Origin: Oscillospiraceae bacterium
Lineage (GTDB): Bacteria; Bacillota; Clostridia; Oscillospirales; CAG-272
Direction: 5' to 3'
Assembly (NCBI GenBank): GCA_015063795.1
Contig: SVTL01000003.1
Span: 29,328-93,327 of the forward strand
DNA length: 64,000 bases
Below the pieces are notes generated by a model. It saw only the letters and a list, made by a program, of their open reading frames with translations. It was not told where the DNA came from and searched no databases. Below are positions 1-8,123 of the stretch, one piece after another (positions within the stretch are counted from its first letter, which is position 1; each line of letters starts with the position of its first letter). A program made the translations under genes and the position numbers.

Positions 1-1
1 C

Positions 2-1558
2 AACATCGACGGACGGATCAAGAAAATCACCTTCACCGGCGACACCTGCACGCTGGTCGATGACATCAACATGGTATATGAAAAGATGGCATGGACAATC
101 GAGGGAGACAAGCTTCTGATTTCGGGCGTTTGGAATTCGCCTTTCGGGGCAACCGAGATTGCCTATGAATACGATTACGAAAAGATCGAGGACGGTTTTA
201 AGCTTGACGGCTTTTTCTTTGGCAAAGAAGGCGGCAAAAACAATGTCGAATCGGGTGAGACAGAACCACAAGACTCGAAAGCAGCCGAGGATGAAACCGG
301 AAAAGATCATATTGTTGAAATCGGAAGGTTTCATGATGGCCTTGCGAGGGCAACCGTATATATCTATGACGAGGGCTACTATTCTTCGGAAGCCGCTGCA
401 TACGGATATCATGACGGATATTTTCTGTATGGGTATATGGATGTAAAAGGGAATATGGTGATAAAGCCCATATACAGCTCGGCACCGGAAATCCTCGATG
501 GTATGGCTTTTGTTGAAATTTATGAAGGAGTAAACCAAAGCAGAACGGATATCATTGATGCCAAGGGAAACAGCATGCTACCCGTCATTGGTGACCTGTC
601 AAAAGCGGAATCATATGGGGAAATCACCAATGGTATCCTTTGGGTAAAAACGGTCGAAAAAACGATAGCAGGAAACACCTATACGGTTACCTACTATAAC
701 AAAGACGGTAAGATGTTTTCGTTTGAAAATACGGAGATCGCCCAGGTTTATTACAATTCCGATGAAAATTCCTACAGCAATTTCTATGGCGAAAGAACAT
801 TGCTGACGATTGATGGGATCACCCGAATTATCGACAGAAAAGGACAAGTGTATCAATTTGAGGCCATAGGATTTGAAAAATATTATTCGCGAAAAACGCT
901 GTTGGACATCGGTGTAACGGAGTTTTATGATGATTACTTGAATTATTGGTATCCTGAGTATGTAGAAGTTGATTTGCATATACAAAGCGAAGACGGAGAC
1001 ACTGACACAAAAACCGCATATGGAAAAATCGATTGGGAGAACAAAACAATTGCATGCGTAGACTATGACGAATATATCGAGTACTCGGAGAGCGCAGAGA
1101 AACTCGATAAAAATTGGTATAGTTATGCTTTTGATGAGTTGCTTGGCGTTGACGTTGAGGTAACGGATATCGCGATTTCTTATGAAGACAATATATATAT
1201 ATCGGCAATCGTTCGGAATACGGATGGCGAATGCTTTTCGATTTTAGTGAAAGAGGTGAGAGATCCTTTTTCGAGATCCATCATACTGCAGCCTACGCAG
1301 GATGTTCAAATCACGTCGTATACTCCGCAGAAATATTATTGGGAGAAACCTGGGGATGTTATTTATCAGTATCGAAACGGTCTGTGCTTGGCCAAGGATA
1401 CCAAGAGCGGCCTCTTTGGGTATTTGAATACCGATGGAAAATGGGCGATCGAGCCTCAGTATCAAAAAGCCGGTGAGTTTTCCGAAGGATATGCAATCAT
1501 AAATAGAACAACCGTTATTGATACAACGGGCAAGGTTGTTTTTTCCGCCGACCGTTGA
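2..1558 (+). CDS. WG-repeat (KWG-type) protein, 5' end probably outside the window
   Basis: ORF 71..1558, but the frame stays open back to nt 2 (NIDGRIKKITFTGDTCTLVDDIN precedes the first Met). Recurrent G-Y/F-x-D-x-x-G-x-x-x-I-x-P-x-Y units, e.g. DGKWAIEPQYQKAGEFSEGYAIIN, are typical of WG-containing repeats. A terminator follows. Confidence 0.6.
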   Translation, partial: NIDGRIKKITFTGDTCTLVDDINMVYEKMAWTIEGDKLLISGVWNSPFGATEIAYEYDYEKIEDGFKLDGFFFGKEGGKNNVESGETEPQDSKAAEDETGKDHIVEIGRFHDGLARATVYIYDEGYYSSEAAAYGYHDGYFLYGYMDVKGNMVIKPIYSSAPEILDGMAFVEIYEGVNQSRTDIIDAKGNSMLPVIGDLSKAESYGEITNGILWVKTVEKTIAGNTYTVTYYNKDGKMFSFENTEIAQVYYNSDENSYSNFYGERTLLTIDGITRIIDRKGQVYQFEAIGFEKYYSRKTLLDIGVTEFYDDYLNYWYPEYVEVDLHIQSEDGDTDTKTAYGKIDWENKTIACVDYDEYIEYSESAEKLDKNWYSYAFDELLGVDVEVTDIAISYEDNIYISAIVRNTDGECFSILVKEVRDPFSRSIILQPTQDVQITSYTPQKYYWEKPGDVIYQYRNGLCLAKDTKSGLFGYLNTDGKWAIEPQYQKAGEFSEGYAIINRTTVIDTTGKVVFSADR

Positions 1559-1574
1559 CCTACTCATAAGAAAA

Positions 1575-1622
1575 AGACAGGGAACAGTGTGAAAAAACCG
1601 CTGATCCCTGTCTGTTTTTTTG
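1575..1622 (+). terminator. Rho-independent terminator after the WG-repeat gene
   Basis: Stem agacaggga (1575-1583) / tccctgtct (1605-1613) followed by a T-run. Confidence 0.7.
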
Positions 1623-1762
1623 CTCTGCGCGGCTTTTTTGTTGTCGATTGTCACGCAAGATTGCTCTTATCAAAAAATCATCCTTATATATAAGGAAAAA
1701 CGATTAACAAACAAAGCGTGCTTTCATCTCCGAAAAAGCGGGAAGAGCGGCGAAAATTGGCA

Positions 1763-1792
1763 GACATAAAAGCGGAGTGCGCGGCGATACTA
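1763..1792 (+). promoter_or_regulatory. Possible forespore (sigmaG/sigmaF-type) promoter of the SASP gene
   Basis: gACATA, 17 nt, GATACTA resembles the G/C-ATA ... CATAnTA forespore pattern and sits about 80 nt upstream of the ssp start. Pattern match by eye only. Confidence 0.3.
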
Positions 1793-1872
1793 TAACCAGA
1801 ATCTGAACGACAGATTCGATTGATATAGATGTCCGTCATGGTGACGGACCCGTAAACGAAGGAGAAAACAAG

Positions 1873-2076
1873 ATGTCTAACACCAACAAGAAGCTCGTAC
1901 CCGAAGCAAAGGAAGCTCTCAACAAGTTCAAGATGGAGGCCGCCGGTGAGGTTGGCGTCAATCTGAAGCAGGGCTACAACGGCGACCTGACCTCCAAGCA
2001 GGCCGGTTCCATCGGCGGCCAGATGGTCAAGAAGATGGTCGAGAAGTACGAGAACGAGATCAAGAACTCCAAATAA
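1873..2076 (+). CDS. alpha/beta-type small acid-soluble spore protein (SASP)
   Basis: 67 aa. KLVPEAKEALNKFKMEAAGEVGV ... SKQAGSIGGQMVKKMV matches both conserved SASP blocks. RBS aaggaga upstream, terminator downstream. Confidence 0.9.
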   Translation: MSNTNKKLVPEAKEALNKFKMEAAGEVGVNLKQGYNGDLTSKQAGSIGGQMVKKMVEKYENEIKNSK

Positions 2077-2106
2077 GTGCGTAAACAAACGGCCATTTGC
2101 CGGGAA

Positions 2107-2154
2107 AAGGGCGGAGCGGTACTGCGGGTATCGTCCCGCCTTTTTCTTTTTTTT
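2107..2154 (+). terminator. Rho-independent terminator after the SASP gene
   Basis: GGGCGG (2109-2114) / CCCGCC (2135-2140) stem followed by tttttctttttttt. Confidence 0.75.
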
Positions 2155-2196
2155 GCATTGTTTTTCACAGAAAATGAAAAAAATCGGGCGCAAGAA

Positions 2197-2225
2197 TTGA
2201 CAAGAGTTCAAGAATGTGCTATGAT
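2197..2225 (+). promoter_or_regulatory. sigma70/sigmaA-type promoter of the sortase locus
   Basis: TTGACA (2197-2202), 17 nt, TGc-TATGAT (2220-2225) with an extended -10. Confidence 0.6.
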
Positions 2226-2245
2226 AATAGAGAGAATGTATCAAA

Positions 2246-3427
2246 ATGCGTTTTTTGTCGGAATTGCCGCGGGAGGGAACAGCCTTGTCCAACAACAACC
2301 GAACATACGGCTGGCTGATCGCCTCGGCTCTGTTGGCGATCCTGGCGGTGGGCTTCTTGCTGTATGCCGTCCTGCACGCCGTCTCCTCCGATGCCAACCG
2401 TCGGCAGAACGACGTGATCCGTGACATTGCCTACGGAACCCTCGCTCCCGAAACCATCGCGCCTGCCGTGACCACAACGTCTGCACCGGACACCACGCCG
2501 GCAGCAACCACAACATCCGCGCCGCAGACCACACCGGCAGCGACCACAACGTCTGCACCGGACACCACGCCGGCAGCGACCACAACGTCCGCACCGGACA
2601 CCACGCCGGCAGCAACCACAACATCCGCGCCGCAGACCACACCGGCAGCGACCACAACGTCCGCGCCGCAGACCACACCGGCAGCAACCACAACATCCGC
2701 GCCGCAGACGACACCGGCTGTCACGACAACGTCCGCACCGGAGACGACACCGGCTGTCACCACGACCGTTGCGCAGACCACCGCGGCCAAGCCCGAGACC
2801 ACCGCCGCGCCGTCCCTGTCACCGCTGCCCGAGGGCTTCCCCCCCGAGGCCGATGCCAGGATCGATTTTGAGGCGCTGAAAAAGGAGTGCGCGGACATCT
2901 ATGCCTGGATCACCGTGCCCGGCGCCAATGTGGATCTGCCCATTCTCCGCCACCCCACCGACAATGCCTACTACCTCGACCACGATCTGTACGGCAAGGA
3001 GAGCGATGCGGGTGCGATCTTCACCGAGTCTTACAACAGCAAGGATTTTTCGGATTTCATCACCGTTGTGTACGGCCACTCCATGCGTGACGGCAGTATG
3101 TTTGCTCCGCTGCTGGAGTTCCGCGACCGCGACTTCTTTGACAAGCACCGCCACATCATCGTCCATACCGAGGAAAAAACGCTGGTCTATCAGATCTTCG
3201 CGGCCTACCGCTGGGACGACCGTCACATTCTCCTCAATTACGATTTTTCGGGCGATCTGATGCGCTATTCCTATATCAGCTATGTGATGAGCATCCGCGA
3301 TATGTATTCGGTCATCGACACCGAGGCGGATGTGGACACCGATGATAAGATCCTCACGCTGTCCTGCTGCACATATGTGGACGGCAACCGCTTTATCGTA
3401 CAGGGGGTCTTGATCGGTGAACGGTAA
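2246..3427 (+). CDS. srtB: class B sortase with N-terminal TM helix and Thr/Pro-rich repeat stalk
   Basis: C-terminal domain DIYAWITVPGANVDLPILRHPTDNAYYLDHDLYG...VVYGHSMRDGSMFAPL...ILTLSCCTY...NRFIVQGVL carries the class B His, TLSxC Cys and Arg signature. The start may instead be TTG 2285, which is preceded by gggaggga and gives MSNNNRTYGWLIASALL. Confidence 0.8.
   Translation: MRFLSELPREGTALSNNNRTYGWLIASALLAILAVGFLLYAVLHAVSSDANRRQNDVIRDIAYGTLAPETIAPAVTTTSAPDTTPAATTTSAPQTTPAATTTSAPDTTPAATTTSAPDTTPAATTTSAPQTTPAATTTSAPQTTPAATTTSAPQTTPAVTTTSAPETTPAVTTTVAQTTAAKPETTAAPSLSPLPEGFPPEADARIDFEALKKECADIYAWITVPGANVDLPILRHPTDNAYYLDHDLYGKESDAGAIFTESYNSKDFSDFITVVYGHSMRDGSMFAPLLEFRDRDFFDKHRHIIVHTEEKTLVYQIFAAYRWDDRHILLNYDFSGDLMRYSYISYVMSIRDMYSVIDTEADVDTDDKILTLSCCTYVDGNRFIVQGVLIGER
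2471..2794. repeat. 36-bp in-frame tandem repeat (8 good copies plus 1 degenerate) encoding TTTSAP(D/Q)TTPAA
   Basis: Units start at 2471, 2507, 2543, 2579, 2615, 2651, 2687, 2723 and differ by only a few nt. The unit at 2759-2794 is degenerate. Confidence 0.95.
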
Positions 3428-4670
3428 AAAACATGCAAACAAAAGCAGAAAACCGGCTCTTGCCATCGGTCTGATCCTGCTTTCTCTGCTTGTCCTTTTT
3501 GCGGGACTGCTTGCCGCCTTCTTCTTTATGAAGCAGAGCGGAGAAAAAACGCTGAAAACCCCGGGAGCCAAGCCCAGCCTGCCATCCTTTGGGCCGGATG
3601 AGGCGTTGATGACCGATTATGTTGAGGGCTTCGTTCCGCTGGACCGCCCCGAGACCGGGCAAACGCTTCCCGAAAGCACTGCCGCGCCTGAGGCGACAAC
3701 GTCACCTCCCGAAACAACGGCTGCGCCGCAGACAACGGACGTGCCGCAGACAACAGCCGTGCCGCAAACCACAGCACCTCCGCAAACCACAGCACCTCCG
3801 CAAACCACAGCTAAGCCGCCCGAGACCACAAAGGCGCTTCCCAAGGACGCCGATGTCTATTATCGCGGCGAGGCGTATCAATATAAGGATGATTTGATCA
3901 ATCTCCTCGTTCTCGGCGTTGATACCAGCAGTTGGCTGGAGACCGATGCCAGCGAGCAGGCCGATTCGCTGTACCTGCTTGTGATCGATGAAAAGGAGAA
4001 AAGGATCGAACTCATCGCCATCTCGCGCAATACCATCGCCGCTGTGTCCAAATTCGATGTCAACGGCAACCTGTTCGGCAAGACCAAAACGCAGATCTGT
4101 CTGGCGTACAGCTACGGGCAAACAGACGAACAATCGTCGGAGCTGACTGCGGATGCGGTGTCTGATCTCTTCTACGGCCTCCCCATTCACGGCTATTATA
4201 CGCTGTTCATGGACGGCGTTCCCGCGATCGTCCGCACGCTGGGGAACGTGGAGGTGACCGTGCCGGCTGATCTGGACGGCTTTGAGGGCTTCGCGGCCGG
4301 TCAGAAGGCTGTCATCACGCCTGAGAATGCACTGGCCTATCTTCGCGAGCGCGGAGACAACAGCAACGAAATCCGCCTGTCGAGGCACAAGGACTTCCTG
4401 CTGACCGTGTACGGTCGGCTGAAGGAGCAGATCGTGTCCAAGCCGACGCTGCCGCTGACGCTCTTTCAGAACCTGAGTGACTATTCGGTCACCAATCTGT
4501 CGGCGAATCATGCCGTGTACCTGGCCACCACGGCGCTTTCTTCCTCCTTCGGCGGCATCCGCACGCTGAAGGGAACGCAGGGCATGCTGTTCGGGCATGA
4601 GGCTCTGCTTTTGGACGAACAGGCTCTTTACGATTTGATTTTGGAACTATTTTATAAAAAAATTTCATAA
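3417..4670 (+). CDS. LCP (LytR-CpsA-Psr) family cell-wall glycopolymer ligase with TM anchor and Thr/Pro linker
   Basis: GTG start overlaps the sortase stop by 11 nt. INLLVLGVDTS...ADSLYLLVIDEKEKRIELIAISRNT is the LCP core motif. N-terminal TM helix ALAIGLILLSLLVLFAGLLAAFFF. Confidence 0.75.
   Translation: MNGKKHANKSRKPALAIGLILLSLLVLFAGLLAAFFFMKQSGEKTLKTPGAKPSLPSFGPDEALMTDYVEGFVPLDRPETGQTLPESTAAPEATTSPPETTAAPQTTDVPQTTAVPQTTAPPQTTAPPQTTAKPPETTKALPKDADVYYRGEAYQYKDDLINLLVLGVDTSSWLETDASEQADSLYLLVIDEKEKRIELIAISRNTIAAVSKFDVNGNLFGKTKTQICLAYSYGQTDEQSSELTADAVSDLFYGLPIHGYYTLFMDGVPAIVRTLGNVEVTVPADLDGFEGFAAGQKAVITPENALAYLRERGDNSNEIRLSRHKDFLLTVYGRLKEQIVSKPTLPLTLFQNLSDYSVTNLSANHAVYLATTALSSSFGGIRTLKGTQGMLFGHEALLLDEQALYDLILELFYKKIS
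3726..3833. repeat. 18-bp in-frame tandem repeat (about 6 copies) encoding PQTTxx
   Basis: ccgca(g/a)ac(a/c)ac(a/g)g.... units read directly; protein PQTTDVPQTTAVPQTTAPPQTTAPPQTTAKPPETTK. Confidence 0.9.
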
Positions 4671-4689
4671 AGTGAAAGGATGTATCACC

Positions 4690-5319
4690 ATGAAAAAATT
4701 CGCACGTACTTTAGTTGCCCTTCTTCTCGTAATGGCCATGGGCACGGTTGCTGCTCTGGCCGCCATTTCTCCCACCGCTGATGTCGGCATTGCCGATGAA
4801 GCTGCCGCCAAGGACGAAAAAGGCCAGGCTGTTATCGTAACGGCCGCCGCTCTCACCCAGGCTCAGGAAGCCGCTTTCCGCGATGCCAATGTCAAGGAGC
4901 TGATGGGTGCAGCCGCAGCTGCCGAAGAGGAATACGCAGTTCTGCCCCTCGGCAACATGGAGTCCGCCAAGGACGTTAAGAAGCTGGAGTTCACCGTTAC
5001 CGGTGTGACCAAGGATTCCAAGGGCGGCGTTCTGGAGATGAAGGCTGACGGTACCACCCGCTTCATTCCCGCCGAGTTCAAGGACGGCAAGGTCATCATC
5101 GAGGCCGGTCTGGCTGCCTCCGAGTCGGTTTCCTATGCTCTCGTTCTCAACGAGGACAGCGCCCGCGCCGTTGCCGCTTCCAACTTTGCTTCTGCCGGTT
5201 CTTACATTTCTTCGCCCAGAACCATGGACGATTCCTTCGCCATGATTGCTGTTCTGGCCGCTGTTGTGTGCACGTTCGGTGCCGCCGCTGCTTATCGGAA
5301 GAGCAGAGCCAACGGCTGA
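4690..5319 (+). CDS. secreted surface protein with C-terminal cell-wall sorting signal (predicted sortase substrate)
   Basis: Signal peptide MKKFARTLVALLLVMAMGTVAALA. The C-terminus SSPRTMDD + FAMIAVLAAVVCTFGAAAA + YRKSRANG is tripartite (motif, hydrophobic segment, basic tail). RBS aaagga lies 9 nt before ATG 4690; the ORF opens at 4672. Confidence 0.7.
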   Translation: MKKFARTLVALLLVMAMGTVAALAAISPTADVGIADEAAAKDEKGQAVIVTAAALTQAQEAAFRDANVKELMGAAAAAEEEYAVLPLGNMESAKDVKKLEFTVTGVTKDSKGGVLEMKADGTTRFIPAEFKDGKVIIEAGLAASESVSYALVLNEDSARAVAASNFASAGSYISSPRTMDDSFAMIAVLAAVVCTFGAAAAYRKSRANG

Positions 5320-5353
5320 AAAACACATCGCTCTTAAAAAAGAAAACCGCCGA

Positions 5354-5386
5354 AGGGTGTTGGATGTATTCCGACACCCTTTTGTG
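5354..5386 (+). terminator. Rho-independent terminator of the sortase locus
   Basis: GGGTGTTGG / CCGACACCC stem (one G-U pair) followed by ttttgtgtt. Confidence 0.65.
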
Positions 5387-5587
5387 TTAATAATATTAAG
5401 CGGAAGAGGGGCAAATCCAAATATAAGTCAAAATGTGAAAAGATCCGATCAAATGTTATTTTTCACATATGAAGAAAAGTTCACACAGCCATTGTCACAA
5501 TACATAATAAATTTCAGTTGCGATACCCTTTCGCTTAACATTTTATTCTGGGGGCATAAAAAAATTAAGAAAAATTAGCGAAACGTA

Positions 5588-5616
5588 TTGACAAATGGGG
5601 GCCATCCGTGTATAAT
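5588..5616 (+). promoter_or_regulatory. consensus sigmaA promoter of hppA
   Basis: TTGACA (5588-5593), exactly 17 nt, TATAAT (5611-5616). Confidence 0.75.
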
Positions 5617-5758
5617 GCAGACAGATAAATGAGAAAAATTGTCATATCGTCAAAAACGCGTGCTCGTGTTCTTCGGAAAAAGGAAGGGATCGATCGCGCT
5701 GTCTTTGTCTAAAGTGGCAATTTTTCCATCAAAAACACCAAAAACGGAGTGTAAAAAA

Positions 5759-7888
5759 ATGGACATTATGTTTGTAGTGACAATAACGGCCTGCCTGGCG
5801 TTGTTGTTCGCGCTCGTCACGGCCAAGCGCCTGATGAAAATGGATGAGGGCAGCGATGACATCAAGCGCATCACCGGCATCATCCGCAGAGCGGCTTCGG
5901 CCTTCCTGAAGCAGCAGTATAAGGTGGTCGCCATCTTCTTCGCGGCCGTGTTTGCCTTCCTGCTGATCATGTATTTCGCCTTCGGTCTGGGCAATCCTTT
6001 CACGCCCTTCGCCTTCCTGACCGGCGGTATCTTCTCGGGTCTGGCCGGCTTCGTGGGCATGAAGATCGCCACCTCCTCCAACGGACGCACGGTCGTCTCC
6101 TGCCTGAAGAGCCTGAACGAGGGCCTGCGTACCGCGTTCTCCAGCGGTATGGTCATGAGCATGACTGTTGTCGGTCTCGGCCTGTTCGACATCAGCATGT
6201 GGTACATCCTGCTGCAGTATGTGTTTAAGGTAGGCGATTTCAACACCATCGCCAACACCATGGTCTGCTTCGGCATCGGCGCCAGCTGTATGGCTCTCTT
6301 TGCCCGCGTGGGCGGCGGTATCTTCACCAAGGCCGCTGACGTAGGCGCCGACCTTTGCGGTAAGGTCGAGGCAGGCATCCCTGAGGACGACGTCCGCAAC
6401 CCTGCTGTTATCGCTGACAACGTGGGCGACAACGTGGGCGACGTGGCAGGCATGGGCGCCGACCTGTATGAATCTTATGTGGGCTCGATCCTGTCGGCAT
6501 CGGCTCTGGGCGTGTTCGCAGGCCTGGACCGCATCGGCTTTATCCTCCCCTTCATGCTGGCCGTTCTGGGCGTGATCGCCTCGTTCATCGGCGCGTTCTT
6601 TGTCCGCACCGGCGACAGCACCGAGCAGAAGGTTCTGCTGGGCGCTCTGCGTAAGGGCACGTACACCACCAGCGCCATCGTGGCGATCGGTGCTTTCTTC
6701 GTGATCAATCTGGTCACCGGCGCTCCCATTCTGGGCGGTGCTGTGGAGATCGCCGGCGTTACGATCAATACTTACGGTCTGTATGCGGCCGTTCTCTGCG
6801 GTCTGATCGGCGGCGTTGCCATCGGTGCGATCACCGAGTACTATACCTCCGATACCTATAAGCCCACCTGCGATCTGTCCGATTCCTCGCAGACGGGTGC
6901 GGCAACCATCATCATTGACGGCCTGTCTCTGGGCATGAAGTCCACCTTCGGCTCGGTTCTGATCGTGGTTCTGGCCATCGCCGGCTCCTTCTTCCTGGCA
7001 GGCGGCACGGTCGCATCTCCCAATCTGGGCCTGTTCGGCGTGGGCATGGCCGCTGTCGGTATGCTCAGCTCGCTGGGCATCACGCTGGCCACCGATGCTT
7101 ACGGTCCCGTGGCCGATAACGCCGGCGGTATCGCCGAAATGACCGGTCAGCCCTCCTTCGTCCGTGAGCGCACCGACGCTCTGGACAGCCTTGGCAACAC
7201 CACCGCCGCTACCGGTAAGGGCTTCGCCATCGGCTCGGCTGCTCTGACGGCCATCACCCTCATCGCGGCTTATAAGAACACCATCGAGATCGATTCCGCC
7301 ATCGATTATCAGTTCAATCTGGATATCCTCAATCCGCAGGTCCTCATCGGTCTGATCATCGGCGTGATGCTGCCCTTCTTCTTCTCGGCCCTCACCATGA
7401 GCGCTGTCGGAAGAGCCGCCTCCAAGGTGGTTATGGAGGTCCGCCGTCAGTTCCGTGAGATTCCCGGCATCATGGACCACAAGAATCCTCCGGACTATGA
7501 GAAGTGCGTCGGCATCTGCACCCGCGCTTCCCAGAGAGAGATGATTCTTCCCACTGTGACCGCGATCGTCGCTCCCATCGCTGTGGGTATCTTCCTTGAG
7601 TTCAACGGCATTGCCGGTATGCTGGCAGGCGTGGCTGCAGGCGGCTTCCTCATGGCCATCATGATGAGCAACAGCGGCGGCGCATGGGATAACGCCAAGA
7701 AGCACATCGAGGGCGGCGCCAACGGCGGCAAGGGCTCCGATTGCCACAAGGCAGCAGTCGTCGGCGACACGGTCGGCGATCCCTTCAAGGATACCTCCGG
7801 TCCCTCGATCAACATCCTCATCAAGCTGATCAGCGTTGTGTCCATCGTGTTTGCTCCCGTGATCTATACGCTCTTCAATCTGATCTGA
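5759..7888 (+). CDS. hppA: membrane-bound proton/sodium-translocating pyrophosphatase
   Basis: About 709 aa and polytopic. [39 protein letters not shown] and [22 protein letters not shown] are M-PPase signatures. ATG 5759 (MDIMFVV) follows ggag; the ORF opens at 5639. Confidence 0.93.
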   Translation: MDIMFVVTITACLALLFALVTAKRLMKMDEGSDDIKRITGIIRRAASAFLKQQYKVVAIFFAAVFAFLLIMYFAFGLGNPFTPFAFLTGGIFSGLAGFVGMKIATSSNGRTVVSCLKSLNEGLRTAFSSGMVMSMTVVGLGLFDISMWYILLQYVFKVGDFNTIANTMVCFGIGASCMALFARVGGGIFTKAADVGADLCGKVEAGIPEDDVRNPAVIADNVGDNVGDVAGMGADLYESYVGSILSASALGVFAGLDRIGFILPFMLAVLGVIASFIGAFFVRTGDSTEQKVLLGALRKGTYTTSAIVAIGAFFVINLVTGAPILGGAVEIAGVTINTYGLYAAVLCGLIGGVAIGAITEYYTSDTYKPTCDLSDSSQTGAATIIIDGLSLGMKSTFGSVLIVVLAIAGSFFLAGGTVASPNLGLFGVGMAAVGMLSSLGITLATDAYGPVADNAGGIAEMTGQPSFVRERTDALDSLGNTTAATGKGFAIGSAALTAITLIAAYKNTIEIDSAIDYQFNLDILNPQVLIGLIIGVMLPFFFSALTMSAVGRAASKVVMEVRRQFREIPGIMDHKNPPDYEKCVGICTRASQREMILPTVTAIVAPIAVGIFLEFNGIAGMLAGVAAGGFLMAIMMSNSGGAWDNAKKHIEGGANGGKGSDCHKAAVVGDTVGDPFKDTSGPSINILIKLISVVSIVFAPVIYTLFNLI

Positions 7889-7906
7889 GTTTTCTGACAA
7901 AGAGAG

Positions 7907-7937
7907 TGCCCCCGTCAAAAGGCGGGGGCATTGTTAT
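7907..7937 (+). terminator. Rho-independent terminator after hppA
   Basis: tgcccccg (7907-7914) / cgggggca (7923-7930) followed by ttgttat. Confidence 0.65.
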
Positions 7938-8084
7938 GCCGGTCGGCGTCGTGTCCATCGTATTCGCTTGGTGAACGATACGCAGCTTGATCGGATTTTT
8001 GAAAAAAGTGGCGCCTTGTCAAATACACGGGGCTTCGTAAAACAGTTGTTTTGAAACATGCTTGAAAACGACTGCTTTCAAGGG

Positions 8085-8120
8085 ACGGCGTGACCGAAGT
8101 CACGCCGTTTCCTTTTCTTC
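8085..8120. terminator. 10-bp GC-rich hairpin just downstream of cytX
   Basis: acggcgtgac (8085-8094) / gtcacgccgt (8099-8108). The T-rich tail is only on the plus strand, so a terminator role for minus-strand cytX is uncertain. Confidence 0.4.
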
Positions 8121-8123
8121 ATC

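Noticed and set aside
2241-2898. 157-aa and 155-aa minus-strand ORFs with striking internal repeats
   Set aside because: These are the reverse reading of the 36-bp Thr/Pro repeat inside the sortase gene.
5729-7918. 729-aa ORF on the minus strand covering all of hppA
   Set aside because: It is an antisense shadow ORF in GC-rich DNA. The product is low-complexity (R/G/A/D/H-rich) with no motifs, while the plus strand carries unmistakable M-PPase signatures.
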